Source: a bacterium (GTDB lineage Bacteria > Bacillota_I > Bacilli_A > RF39 > UBA660). Taken from it: a stretch of 64,000 nucleotides of DNA. The stretch is taken from the NCBI GenBank assembly GCA_963659735.1, contig CAVKUP010000001.1:1166-65165 (forward strand), read 5' to 3'. Made by a program: the position numbers and the translations under genes. The stretch's first letter is position 1. Each line of letters begins with the position of its first letter. A model generated the notes under the pieces. That model saw nothing but the letters and a program-made list of their open reading frames with translations, searched no databases and was not told where the DNA came from. Of this stretch, positions 40,198 through 50,385 are shown in pieces.

Positions 40198-42105
40198 ATG
40201 GTAAAGTATGATGAGAACTCAATAAAAATATTAGAAGGCTTAGAGGCAGTAAGAAAAAGACCAGGAATGTATATTGGTTCTACTGATAAAAGGGGTCTTC
40301 ATCATTTAGTGTGGGAAATTGTTGATAATGGTATTGATGAGGTTATCAATGGTTTTGGTGATAGAATAATCGTTACGATGCATAAAGACGGTAGTATTAG
40401 TGTTGAAGATTTTGGTAGAGGGGTTCCTACTGGAATGCATGAAAGTGGCAAATCAACTCCAGAAGTTATTTATACTATTCTTCATGCGGGTGGTAAATTT
40501 GAAACATCTGGTTATAAAGTATCAGGTGGTCTTCATGGGGTAGGTGCTTCTGTAGTTAATGCATTAAGTAAATGGTTAGAGGTAAATATTAAAAGAGATG
40601 GAGCAGAATATTATATTAGTTTTAAAGATGGTGGTAAGTTAGATAAACAGTTAACTAAAATAGGTAAAACTAATAAAACGGGAACTAAAGTTCATTTTAT
40701 GCCTGATGATACAATATTTCAAACAACAACATTTTCATTTTCAACAATATGTGAAAGAATGCAAGAAAGTGCTTTTTTACTTAAAAATTTAACTGTTGAA
40801 GTTATTGATGAGATAACTGATAGAAAAGAAGTTTATCATTATGAAAAAGGTTTAAATTCTTTTGTTGAATATTTAAATACTGATAAAAAAATACTTCATA
40901 AACCATATGATTTTAATGGTTTTAAAGATGGAGTTAATGTTGAGGTAGCATTTCAATATACTGAAAGTTATTCAGAAAATATTATTTCATTTGTTAATAA
41001 TGTTAAAACAAGCGATGGTGGTACTCATGAGGTTGGATTTAAAACTGCAATAACTAGAGTGTTTAATGATTATGCTAAAGCAAATGGTTATTTAAAAGCA
41101 AAAGATAAAAATTTTGAAGGTCCTGATACAAGAGAAGGAATAACAGCAATTATAAGTCTTCAAATACCTGAAGAGTTATTGCAATTTGAAGGTCAAACGA
41201 AAGGTAAGTTAGGTACGCCTGTAGCTCGTACAATTGTAGATAGTATAACTACAGAAAAAATGCAATTTTTCTTAGAAGAAAATAAGGAAATAGCAACTAA
41301 AATATTAGAAAAAATGATAAAATCAAAACAGGTTAGAGAAGCTGCTAGAAAAGCAAGAGATGAAGCTAGAAATGGTAAGGGTAAAAATAGAAAAGAAAAA
41401 TCAATTAGTGATAAATTTACACCAGCTCAATCTAAAAACCCTAAAATAAATGAGTTATTTTTAGTCGAAGGAGATTCAGCAGGTGGATCTGCTAAACAAG
41501 GAAGAGATAGAAAATTCCAAGCAATTTTACCTTTAAGAGGTAAGGTTATAAATACTGAAAAGGCAAGTTTAACAGATGTTTTAGCTAATAATGAGATAAA
41601 TACTATGATTCAAACAATAGGTGCGGGAATAGGTAGTGATTTTAATATTAAAGATTGTAATTATGATAAGGTAATTATTATGACTGATGCTGATGATGAT
41701 GGGGCACATATTGCAATTTTATTGCTAACATTTTTCTACCGTTTTATGAAACCGTTAATTGAAAATGGTCATTTATATATTGCTATGCCACCACTTTATG
41801 CTTTAAAAAATGGTAATAAAATATATGGCTATTCTTGGACTGATGAAGAGGCTGAAGAAATTAGAAAAAAATACAAAGTAAAATTAGAAAAACAAAGATA
41901 CAAAGGTTTAGGAGAAATGAATGCTGAACAGCTTTGGGAAACAACAATGGACCCTGAAAGAAGAAATTTAATAAAGGTAAATTTAACTGATGCTTCACTT
42001 GCTGAAAGAAGAGTAAGTGTATTAATGGGAGATAATGTTGAACCTAGAAAACAATGGATTGAAGAAAATGTTGATTTTACTTTAGAAGATAATTATGCAA
42101 AGTAG
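40198..42105 (+). CDS. parE: Type IIA topoisomerase subunit B (ParE-like; GyrB not excluded)
   Basis: LEGLEAVRKRPGMYIGS, GHKL ATPase and TOPRIM (EGDSAGGS) motifs. Confidence 0.75.
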   Translation: MVKYDENSIKILEGLEAVRKRPGMYIGSTDKRGLHHLVWEIVDNGIDEVINGFGDRIIVTMHKDGSISVEDFGRGVPTGMHESGKSTPEVIYTILHAGGKFETSGYKVSGGLHGVGASVVNALSKWLEVNIKRDGAEYYISFKDGGKLDKQLTKIGKTNKTGTKVHFMPDDTIFQTTTFSFSTICERMQESAFLLKNLTVEVIDEITDRKEVYHYEKGLNSFVEYLNTDKKILHKPYDFNGFKDGVNVEVAFQYTESYSENIISFVNNVKTSDGGTHEVGFKTAITRVFNDYAKANGYLKAKDKNFEGPDTREGITAIISLQIPEELLQFEGQTKGKLGTPVARTIVDSITTEKMQFFLEENKEIATKILEKMIKSKQVREAARKARDEARNGKGKNRKEKSISDKFTPAQSKNPKINELFLVEGDSAGGSAKQGRDRKFQAILPLRGKVINTEKASLTDVLANNEINTMIQTIGAGIGSDFNIKDCNYDKVIIMTDADDDGAHIAILLLTFFYRFMKPLIENGHLYIAMPPLYALKNGNKIYGYSWTDEEAEEIRKKYKVKLEKQRYKGLGEMNAEQLWETTMDPERRNLIKVNLTDASLAERRVSVLMGDNVEPRKQWIEENVDFTLEDNYAK

Positions 42106-42112
42106 GTGAATT

Positions 42113-44623
42113 ATGGAAGAAGCAGTTAAAAAAATTTATGATTATTCATTAGAATATATTATGGGCGATAGCTTTGCAAGGTATGCTAAAGCAATTATTC
42201 AAGATAGAGCTTTACCTGATGTTAGAGATGGATTAAAACCGGTTCAAAGGCGTATTTTATATGGAATGTATAAAGATGGAAATACGTATGATAAGCCTAC
42301 TAAGAAATCAGCAAAAGCTGTTGGAAATATTATGGGTTTTTATCACCCACATGGTGATTCGAGTATTTATGATGCTTTAGTTAGAATGAGTCAGTGGTGG
42401 AAAAATAATTTATGTTATGTTGAGATGCAAGGTAATAATGGTTCTATGGATGGCGATGGTGCTGCTGCTATGCGTTATACTGAAGCAAGACTTTCTAAGG
42501 TGGCTGGTGAACTTTTAAAAGATATAAATAAAGATACCGTTTTAATGAGTTTAAACTATGATGATACTTTATTAGAACCAACAGTATTACCAGCGAAATA
42601 TCCTAATTTGCTTGTTAATGGTGCGACTGGTATTTCTGCGGGTTATGCTACTAATATACCGCCTCATAATTTAGGTGAAATAATTGATGCTACTATTAAA
42701 AGAATAGATGATCCTAACTGTACATTAGATGATATTTTAGATATCGTTAAAGGTCCAGATTTTCCAACTGGTGGTGTGGCTGAAGGATTAAAAGGAATAA
42801 AAGATGCATTTGAAAAAGGAAGAGGAAAAGTTAATGTTAGATGTAAGTATGAAATAACTGGTCCTAAAACTAAAAGACAAATTATTATTAGTGAAATTCC
42901 TTATGAAGTAAATAAAGCGGCTTTAGTTAAAAAAATAGATGATATTAGAATTGAGAAAAAAATAGATGGTATTTCTGAGGTTCGTGATGAAACTGATAGA
43001 AATGGTTTACAAATAGCAATTGATCTTAAAAAGGATTCTAATGAAGAGTTGATAATTAATTATTTACTTAAAAATACTGATATGATGGTTTCTTATAATT
43101 ATAATATGGTAGCTATTGTAAATCATAGACCAATGGTTTTAGGTATAATAGCTATATTAGATGCGTATATTGCTCATCAAAGGGAAGTTATTACAAGAAG
43201 AACTGAGTTTGATTTAAAATTGGCGCAAGCAAGAATGCATATTTTAGAAGGTTTAATTAAAGCTTTATCTATTTTAGATGAAGTTATTAAAGTGATTAGA
43301 TCATCTAAAAATAAAGCAGATGCTATTTTAAATTTACAAACAGAATTTGATTTTACACAAAAGCAAGCTGAAGCTATTGTTAATTTACAACTTTATAAAT
43401 TAACTAATACTGATGTAACTGAACTTGAAAAAGAGATGGAACAAAAGAAAAAAGAAATTGCTGTTTGGACTCAAATTTTAGAAAATGAAGATGCTTTAAA
43501 ACATGTTATGAAAACTGAGTTAAAATTAGTAAAAGAAGAATATGCTACTGAAAGAAAAACTGAAATAAAAGATGAAGTAACTGAAATTAAAATAGATACA
43601 ACATCTTTAATACCTAAAGAAGATTGTATCGTTGTAGTTACTAATGAAGGTTATGTTAAAAGAGTATCATTAAGAAGTTATTCTGCTTCTAATGATGAAA
43701 CTGGTTTAAAGGAAAATGATTATAAATTATCTATATATGAAGCAAATACAATGGATACATTATTATTATTTACCTCTTTAGGTAACTATCTTTATGTTCC
43801 AGTTTATGAACTTCCTGATTTAAAGTGGAAAGATTTAGGGAAACATATTAGTAATATAATTAAAATTAGTAGTGACGAAGATATTATTTATTCATATTTA
43901 ACTAAAGATTTTAAAGATAAAGTTAGTTTTTTAACGTTTACTAAAAATGGTATGGTTAAACAAACTAGTATTGATGTTATGCAAGTTCAAAGATATTCTA
44001 AACCAATTAATTTAATGAAATTAAAAGATAAAGATAAAGTTATATCTGCATGTATTTGTAAAGATGAAATCTTAGTTTCAACTTATAATGGACTTGGATT
44101 GAGATATCACTCTAGTGAAGTTCCTGTTACCGGTTTAAAAGGTAGTGGTGTTAAAGCAATTAATTTAAAAGATGATTATGTTATATCAGGATGTAGTTTT
44201 AATGATTCAGAATATGCTTTATTTGTAACTGATAAAGGAACTTTTAAAAGAGTTAGATTATCTGAATTTGATGTTATGACAAGAGCTAGGAAAGGATTAC
44301 TTGCAATAAGAGATGTTAAAACAAATCCTTATCATTTAATTTCTATGTTAGTTATTGATAATAAAAAAGAAGTTGGTATATTAACTGATGAAATTACTTA
44401 TCATAAGGCATCTACATTTCCAATATGTGATAGGTATCAAACTGGTTCTTTAGTTACTAAAGATAAAATTAAAAAAGTATTTATTAAAACAGATATGCTT
44501 TCTAAAGATGAATTAATGAATGAAAGTGTTCAAGAAGATGATCAAGAAGAAACGCAACTTTCTTTAGATCAAATTGATGAAAAAATACTTACAATTGATG
44601 ATTTTTTAAATAATGACTATTAA
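42113..44623 (+). CDS. parC: Type IIA topoisomerase subunit A (ParC-like; no GyrA-box QRRGGKG seen)
   Basis: The catalytic Tyr region AAMRYTEARL is present. The C-terminal domain lacks a GyrA box. Confidence 0.75.
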   Translation: MEEAVKKIYDYSLEYIMGDSFARYAKAIIQDRALPDVRDGLKPVQRRILYGMYKDGNTYDKPTKKSAKAVGNIMGFYHPHGDSSIYDALVRMSQWWKNNLCYVEMQGNNGSMDGDGAAAMRYTEARLSKVAGELLKDINKDTVLMSLNYDDTLLEPTVLPAKYPNLLVNGATGISAGYATNIPPHNLGEIIDATIKRIDDPNCTLDDILDIVKGPDFPTGGVAEGLKGIKDAFEKGRGKVNVRCKYEITGPKTKRQIIISEIPYEVNKAALVKKIDDIRIEKKIDGISEVRDETDRNGLQIAIDLKKDSNEELIINYLLKNTDMMVSYNYNMVAIVNHRPMVLGIIAILDAYIAHQREVITRRTEFDLKLAQARMHILEGLIKALSILDEVIKVIRSSKNKADAILNLQTEFDFTQKQAEAIVNLQLYKLTNTDVTELEKEMEQKKKEIAVWTQILENEDALKHVMKTELKLVKEEYATERKTEIKDEVTEIKIDTTSLIPKEDCIVVVTNEGYVKRVSLRSYSASNDETGLKENDYKLSIYEANTMDTLLLFTSLGNYLYVPVYELPDLKWKDLGKHISNIIKISSDEDIIYSYLTKDFKDKVSFLTFTKNGMVKQTSIDVMQVQRYSKPINLMKLKDKDKVISACICKDEILVSTYNGLGLRYHSSEVPVTGLKGSGVKAINLKDDYVISGCSFNDSEYALFVTDKGTFKRVRLSEFDVMTRARKGLLAIRDVKTNPYHLISMLVIDNKKEVGILTDEITYHKASTFPICDRYQTGSLVTKDKIKKVFIKTDMLSKDELMNESVQEDDQEETQLSLDQIDEKILTIDDFLNNDY

Positions 44624-44624
44624 A

Positions 44625-44649
44625 GCGAAGGAATAATTCTTCGTTTTTA
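44625..44649 (+). terminator. Rho-independent terminator after the topoisomerase pair
   Basis: cgaag-gaataatt-cttcg plus T5. Confidence 0.6.
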
Positions 44650-44718
44650 TTTGTTTGCTAAAATATAATTTTTTTGTTATAATTGTTACGGCTTTTAAAT
44701 TGAAAGAAAGGAGAAAAA

Positions 44719-46365
44719 ATGAGTAAAATAAAAATATTTGCTCTTGGCGGTTTAAATGAAAACGGTAAAAATATGTATGTTGTTGATGTAGATCATGATA
44801 TTTTTATATTTGACGCTGGATTAAAATACGCCGATGACAAAATGCTTGGAGTAGATTATATTATCCCAAGTTATGAATATATTAAGAAAAATAAAAAAAA
44901 TATTAAAGGAATTTTTATAACTCATGGTCATTATGATCATATGGGTGCTTTAACTGAAATTTTAAAAGAAATTCCTGATTTAAAAATTTATGGTACAACA
45001 TTTACCATGGAAATTATTAAAGATGAACTTTTAGCGGATAATTTAAGTATTAAAAATTTACATATTATTAAACCTCATAGAAAAATCAATTTTGGTAAAA
45101 ATAGTATTTTTCCAATTTCCCTAACGCATATGGTTCCAGATACTGTTGGTTATGTTTTGTATACACCAGATGGTGCGATATTCTATACGGGAAACTTTGT
45201 GTTTGATTCTACTATGTTAGGTGGTTATAAAACTGATATTGGTAAACTTGCTTATGTTGGTAAACAAGGTGTGTTATGTCTACTTTCTGAATCACTTTAT
45301 GCTGATAGAAAAGGCTTTACTTCACCTAATCATCGTACTGGTAAGGCTATTAGAGAAATACTTAATCGCTATAATGGAAGAATTTTATATAATATTTATC
45401 AAGCACAACTTTATAGAATTCAAGAATTATTTAATGAAATAAAAAATACTGATCGTAACGTGGTTATTATGGGTAAAAATTTAGAGTCTGTTATTTTAAA
45501 AGCTATTGATATGCATTATGTCGATTTTGATAAAAAAAGAATTTGTTCAATTAACCATGTTAAAGATGATAAAATTGTAGTTATAGTATCTGATGAAAGA
45601 GAAAAACCTTTTTCTAATTTAAAAAGAATTGTTAGAGGATATGATAAATTTGTTACAATTAATCCTGATGATACCATTGTTTTTGCTTCTCCAATTGAAG
45701 ATGGAATGGAAAGAACAGCTACTAAATTATTAGATGGAATAGCTAAAATAGGTGCAAATGTAATTGAACTATCTAAGAAAAAATACTTATCTCATCATGC
45801 TTCATCTGAAGATTTAATGTTAATGCTTGATTTAATGAAGCCAAAATATTATATGCCAGTTATTGGTGAATATCGTCATCAAGTTGCTAATGGCAATGTT
45901 GCTAAAGAAATAGGAATGGATGATGATCATATTTTACTTAAATTAAATGGTCAAGTTGCTTATTTTCAAAATGGTGAATTAATTGATAATAATTGGAAAG
46001 AATCAGTTGATGATATATTAATTGATGGTCAAGTAGCTGGTGATGTTGGTGAACTTGTTTTAAAAGATCGTGAACTTTTAAGTGACAGTGGTATTGTTAT
46101 TGTAACAGCCACATTAGATAAGCAAACAAAAGAAGTATTAGCTGGACCTGAAGTATTAACGCGTGGATTTATCTTTGTTAAAGATAATATTAATTTAATT
46201 AAAGATGCTAGTAATATTGCACTAGAAGTTATTAAAGAAAATACTAAATCTAATTACGTTGATTTTTCTAAAGTAAAACTTGGAATAAGGGATAAAGTTG
46301 GTAAATATTTCTATGAACAAACAGAGTGTAAACCAATGATATTAATTGTAATAGGGGAAGTGTAA
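44719..46365 (+). CDS. rnj: Ribonuclease J
   Basis: Beta-lactamase HxHxDH (THGHYDHMGAL), beta-CASP and C-terminal domains. Confidence 0.9.
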   Translation: MSKIKIFALGGLNENGKNMYVVDVDHDIFIFDAGLKYADDKMLGVDYIIPSYEYIKKNKKNIKGIFITHGHYDHMGALTEILKEIPDLKIYGTTFTMEIIKDELLADNLSIKNLHIIKPHRKINFGKNSIFPISLTHMVPDTVGYVLYTPDGAIFYTGNFVFDSTMLGGYKTDIGKLAYVGKQGVLCLLSESLYADRKGFTSPNHRTGKAIREILNRYNGRILYNIYQAQLYRIQELFNEIKNTDRNVVIMGKNLESVILKAIDMHYVDFDKKRICSINHVKDDKIVVIVSDEREKPFSNLKRIVRGYDKFVTINPDDTIVFASPIEDGMERTATKLLDGIAKIGANVIELSKKKYLSHHASSEDLMLMLDLMKPKYYMPVIGEYRHQVANGNVAKEIGMDDDHILLKLNGQVAYFQNGELIDNNWKESVDDILIDGQVAGDVGELVLKDRELLSDSGIVIVTATLDKQTKEVLAGPEVLTRGFIFVKDNINLIKDASNIALEVIKENTKSNYVDFSKVKLGIRDKVGKYFYEQTECKPMILIVIGEV

Positions 46366-46404
46366 GCTTTCCTTTTTTTGTTATATTTTATTGTAGGTGA
46401 TATC

Positions 46405-46715
46405 ATGAAAAAAGAGGGTTTGCTTTAATCGAATTACTTGCTGTAATTGTATTAAGTGTTGTATTATTAATTGCTGTTTCGAAATTGTTATAAGTTTAAA
46501 GCATTAAATGTAAGTAGCTATAATATGTTAAATGTAAAGAATAATGGTATGTATGGTAGTTGTAAGTAGTTTTGATACAAGTAAAGGATATGAATTATAA
46601 CACACCTAATCTAAAACAAGTTAATGCAGACTCAAAATGGACAACCACAAGTGCATCAACACCAAATATGTTTACTGGAAGTGGAATTTCATTCGTGATA
46701 ACAGGCAAGGGCTAG
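46405..46715 (+). pseudogene. Decayed pilin gene: ATG plus an A6 tract frameshift, then a canonical prepilin N-terminus (KRGFALIELLAVIV...) and internal stops
   Basis: Reading after the A-run in the -1 frame gives KRGFALIELLAVIVLSVVLLIAVSKLL*. A downstream frame gives ...ADSKWTTTSASTPNMFTGSGISFVITGKG*, resembling residues 40-75 of the 50386 ORF. Confidence 0.45.
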
Positions 46716-46740
46716 AGAATTAAGCTCTAGCTTTTTTGAT
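46708..46740 (+). terminator. Rho-independent terminator closing the pilin pseudogene
   Basis: gctagag-aattaa-gctctagc plus T6. Confidence 0.65.
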
Positions 46741-46775
46741 TTAAATATGTTATTATTTTTGAGGAAGTGATTGAT

Positions 46776-48182
46776 ATGGTAAAACCAGAATTAAAAGAAG
46801 CAAAAAAAAGAACTAAAAATTTAGTTAATATAAAAAGATATGAAATAGATGATAATTTAAAAACTTTAGGTAAGGGTAAGACATATTTTGTTAAAACATA
46901 TGGTTGTCAGATGAATGTTCATGATTCAGAAAATATAAAAGCCATTTTAGAACAAATGGGTTTTAAAGAAGAAGAAAGTATGGAAAAAGCTGATTTAATT
47001 TTATTAAATACTTGTGCGATTAGGGAAAATGCTCACAATAAAGTATTTGGTATGATTGGTAGAATTAAACATATGAAAGAAGAAAGGCCAAATATAATAG
47101 CGGGTGTTTGTGGTTGTATGGCACAGGAAGAAGTTGTTGTTAATGAAATATTAGATAAATATAATTGGCTTGATTTTGTATTTGGTACTCATAATATTTA
47201 TCAATTACCTGAAGTTTTAAATAATGCTTTAAATAAAAAGAAAATTGAAGTTGAAGTTTATAGCTGTGAAGGTGATATTATTGAAAATATGCCGGCTAAA
47301 AGGGATAGTAAATATAAGGCTTGGGTTAATATTATGTATGGTTGTGATAAATTTTGTACTTACTGTATTGTTCCTTATACTAGGGGAAAACAAAGAAGTA
47401 GAAGATTTGGCGATATTATAAGAGAAGTTAAGCAGTTAAAAGAAGAAGGTTATAAGGAAGTTACTTTATTAGGTCAAAATGTTAATGCATATGGTAAAGA
47501 TTTAAATTTAGAATATGATATGGCTGATTTATTGGAAGAGGTTGCTAAAATAGGGATTGAAAGGGTCAGATTTATTACATCTCATCCTTGGGATTTTACT
47601 GATAAAATGGTTGATATTATTGGAAAATATCCTAATATTATGCCTTATATTCATTTGCCTTTACAATCAGGTAGTAATAAGATTTTAAAATTAATGGGAA
47701 GAAGATATACAAAAGAATCTTATTTGGAATTATTTAAAAAAATAAAGACTATTCCTAATGTATCTGTTACAACTGATATTATTGTAGGTTTTCCTGGGGA
47801 AACTGAGGAAGATTTTAATGATACTTTATCAGTTGTTGATGAGTGTAAATATGATTCTGCTTTTACTTTTATATTTTCACCTAGGGAAGGAACTCCAGCG
47901 GCTAAGATGAACGATGATATACCTTTAGAAGAAAAGGAAAAAAGATTATATAAATTAAATGATTTAGTAAATAAATATGCTAAAGAAGCTAATGATAAGT
48001 ATAAAGATAAAGTGGTTAAGGTATTGTTAGAAAATGAAAGTGATAAAGATGGTATGCTTGCTGGTTATACTGAAACTATGAAATTAGTTAATGTTAAAGC
48101 TGATAAAAGTAAATTGGGTCAAATAGTAGATGTTAAGATTGTTAATGTTAAAACATGGAGTATGGATGGGGAAATAGCTTAG
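46776..48182 (+). CDS. miaB: tRNA-2-methylthio-N6-dimethylallyladenosine synthase
   Basis: MTTase N-domain, radical SAM CDKFCTYC motif and TRAM domain. GAGGAAG RBS. Confidence 0.9.
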   Translation: MVKPELKEAKKRTKNLVNIKRYEIDDNLKTLGKGKTYFVKTYGCQMNVHDSENIKAILEQMGFKEEESMEKADLILLNTCAIRENAHNKVFGMIGRIKHMKEERPNIIAGVCGCMAQEEVVVNEILDKYNWLDFVFGTHNIYQLPEVLNNALNKKKIEVEVYSCEGDIIENMPAKRDSKYKAWVNIMYGCDKFCTYCIVPYTRGKQRSRRFGDIIREVKQLKEEGYKEVTLLGQNVNAYGKDLNLEYDMADLLEEVAKIGIERVRFITSHPWDFTDKMVDIIGKYPNIMPYIHLPLQSGSNKILKLMGRRYTKESYLELFKKIKTIPNVSVTTDIIVGFPGETEEDFNDTLSVVDECKYDSAFTFIFSPREGTPAAKMNDDIPLEEKEKRLYKLNDLVNKYAKEANDKYKDKVVKVLLENESDKDGMLAGYTETMKLVNVKADKSKLGQIVDVKIVNVKTWSMDGEIA

Positions 48183-48250
48183 GGCTATTTTTCTATTGAA
48201 TTTTTTTGTTTATTTTGGTATTATTTATGTAAAGAGTAGGAGTTAATTAT

Positions 48251-49588
48251 ATGAAAAATTCTCAAAAAAGTTCAAGTAAGAAGAATAAAATATTAGATTT
48301 TATTCAAAATGTAGAGGACCGAGCTAATGATGCTTTAGAAGATAGTTTAATGGATGAAGATGCTAAAAATGATGGTAATGTTGTTTATAATGATATTGTT
48401 AAAAATTCTGTGCAAGCTAGTATGTCAAAATTGCCTTGGCTTATTGCACTATTTCTTATTTTAATAATTTCAATTACATTTGGTGTGATGTTTTTTAAAA
48501 GTAATCCTAAAACGTTATTTACGCAAACTGTTGATGGAATGTTTAGTTATTTAGAAAATAATATTAATGATAATGTTTATGATATAACTGATGGTAATAT
48601 TTATTTTGATTATGATGTTGTCACTAATTTAGAAACAGATGTTTTGAAAAATGAATTTAGTCATGTAAAATGGAATGCTGATTATGTTAAAGATAATTCT
48701 AAGGGTGCCTTTTATTTGGATTTAAAGACTAAATATGATGATTTTGATTTGCTTAAATTAAAGTTATATGGGGATAATTCTGATACTTATATTTATGCAC
48801 CTGATTTGTATGATAAGTATGTAAAGTTTAAAAATAATAAGATAAATTATTTGTTTAATAGTAATGATGCTAAGATAATTCTTGATGGGTTTAATCAAGC
48901 TATTGATAAATTAATTGCTGATGAAAAAATTTATAGTAATAAAGAATTATTAAATGTTAATGATAAGAATTTTAATGCGATTAAAACAAGATTTTTGATT
49001 GATGATAAAAATAGAGATAGGGTCTGTGAATCTTTTATTAATTCGTTAAAGGCTAATGATGAATTTGTAAGTTCTTTTTCAAAATTAAAGGGTGTTAAAA
49101 GTAGTAGTGTAAAGAAGTCGTTGGATAAGTATTTAATTAAGTTAAAACGTAAATTGAAAAAATATGGTAATTTAAATGTTGTGTTGTATACTGATAGTAA
49201 AACTAATGGTTTTCTTAAATTTGTACTTTTTGGTGAAAATGAAATGTTTAGTTTAATTAAGGGAGAAAATGATAAATTTTATTATGAAGTTAATAATGGC
49301 GAAAATAAAATAAATGGTGAATTTTCATTGGAGGTTAACGATAGCAAAACTAAGTATGTTTTTTATTTGATTTATAAGAAGAGTATTAATAATAGTGTTG
49401 TTTTTGAGGATAGATATAATTTGAAGTTTACTTGTAAAAAAGCAAATTATTTTAAAAAAGTTGATACTAGTGATAGTGTTGATGGTAATAAATTAGATGA
49501 TTTAACTAAAGCTCAAATTTATATGAATATTTCATCTAATTCAAATTTAAGTAGGATAATTAGTGAAATTAAATTAGCGCGAAGCTAA
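48251..49588 (+). CDS. Hypothetical single-pass membrane protein with a large extracytoplasmic domain
   Basis: TM helix at about residues 60-85. No family recognised. Confidence 0.4.
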   Translation: MKNSQKSSSKKNKILDFIQNVEDRANDALEDSLMDEDAKNDGNVVYNDIVKNSVQASMSKLPWLIALFLILIISITFGVMFFKSNPKTLFTQTVDGMFSYLENNINDNVYDITDGNIYFDYDVVTNLETDVLKNEFSHVKWNADYVKDNSKGAFYLDLKTKYDDFDLLKLKLYGDNSDTYIYAPDLYDKYVKFKNNKINYLFNSNDAKIILDGFNQAIDKLIADEKIYSNKELLNVNDKNFNAIKTRFLIDDKNRDRVCESFINSLKANDEFVSSFSKLKGVKSSSVKKSLDKYLIKLKRKLKKYGNLNVVLYTDSKTNGFLKFVLFGENEMFSLIKGENDKFYYEVNNGENKINGEFSLEVNDSKTKYVFYLIYKKSINNSVVFEDRYNLKFTCKKANYFKKVDTSDSVDGNKLDDLTKAQIYMNISSNSNLSRIISEIKLARS

Positions 49589-49641
49589 TTTTTTTGCATT
49601 TTTTTTATGTATAAGCATATCTTAAAGTGAGGGGTGATTAT

Positions 49642-50178
49642 GTGGCGGCATATAAAGAAATAGTAACTAAGGCAATTGTTGGTAAAGGGAAAAAACAGTT
49701 TAAAAATAATTATACTTTACAGGTTGAGAATAAACCAACAACTGTTTTAGGGTGCTGGGTTATAAATCATAAATTTAAGGGCTATAAGACAGGAAATAAG
49801 GTTGGGGTTGATGGTTCATTTGATATAAATATATGGTATTCTTATGATGATGATAGTAAAACGGCGGTTATTAATAAAAAAATTGAATATAATGATTTAT
49901 TTAATGTGAAAGTTAGGGAGAATGCTGATATATCAGATAATAATGATATTATTGTTAGAAGTTTAAAGCAACCTACGTGTTATGGTGTTGAAATTTTAAA
50001 TGATAAAACTATATCTTTTAATATTGAAAAGGAACTTGGGGTTGAAATTGTTGGTGAGGCTAAGGTAAAAATTGCTGTTGAAGAAGATGAGGATCCATGG
50101 GATGATATTGTTGATGATGTTGATGAAAGTACTTTAAAAGAGATTGATGAAAATGTATCGGATGATTATTTAAAGTAA
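49642..50178 (+). CDS. cotE: Outer spore coat morphogenetic protein CotE
   Basis: YKEIVTKAIVGKGKKQ, VLGCWVINHKF and DINIWYSY are collinear with B. subtilis CotE (YREIITKAVVAKGRKF; ILGGWIINHKY; DINVWYSY). Acidic C-terminus. Likely GTG start at 49642 after a GAGGGGTG RBS. Confidence 0.75.
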   Translation: MAAYKEIVTKAIVGKGKKQFKNNYTLQVENKPTTVLGCWVINHKFKGYKTGNKVGVDGSFDINIWYSYDDDSKTAVINKKIEYNDLFNVKVRENADISDNNDIIVRSLKQPTCYGVEILNDKTISFNIEKELGVEIVGEAKVKIAVEEDEDPWDDIVDDVDESTLKEIDENVSDDYLK

Positions 50179-50185
50179 TGGTATT

Positions 50186-50207
50186 GTGCGTGATGACGCA
50201 CTTTTTT
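50186..50207 (+). terminator. Rho-independent terminator after cotE
   Basis: gtgcgt-gatg-acgcac plus T6. Confidence 0.75.
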
Positions 50208-50385
50208 GATGTTTTGATATATTAAAATGAAGTGATTTTTTTGTGGTAGTTTATGGATGTTGAAGTTTACGGTAAATTTTTTTTGCTTAAATTGAGAATA
50301 ATTTTAGTATTGATAAGAGGTGTGAAATATGGTATATTTTTTATAGAGTAGTTGTACTACTTGAGTCTATAGAAAGGGTGATATA

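Noticed and set aside
40198-44623. Calling the topoisomerase pair gyrB-gyrA
   Set aside because: No GyrA-box (QRRGGKG) is visible in the subunit A C-terminal domain. The pair is also not next to dnaA/dnaN/recF. It is therefore labelled ParE/ParC-like, but this remains uncertain without phylogeny.
49596-49624. Possible sigma-K-type promoter (CATATCTTA) for cotE
   Set aside because: The -10 lies only about 17 nt from the likely GTG start, leaving no room for a normal 5' UTR plus RBS, and no convincing -35 was found. It is mentioned only as a weak possibility.
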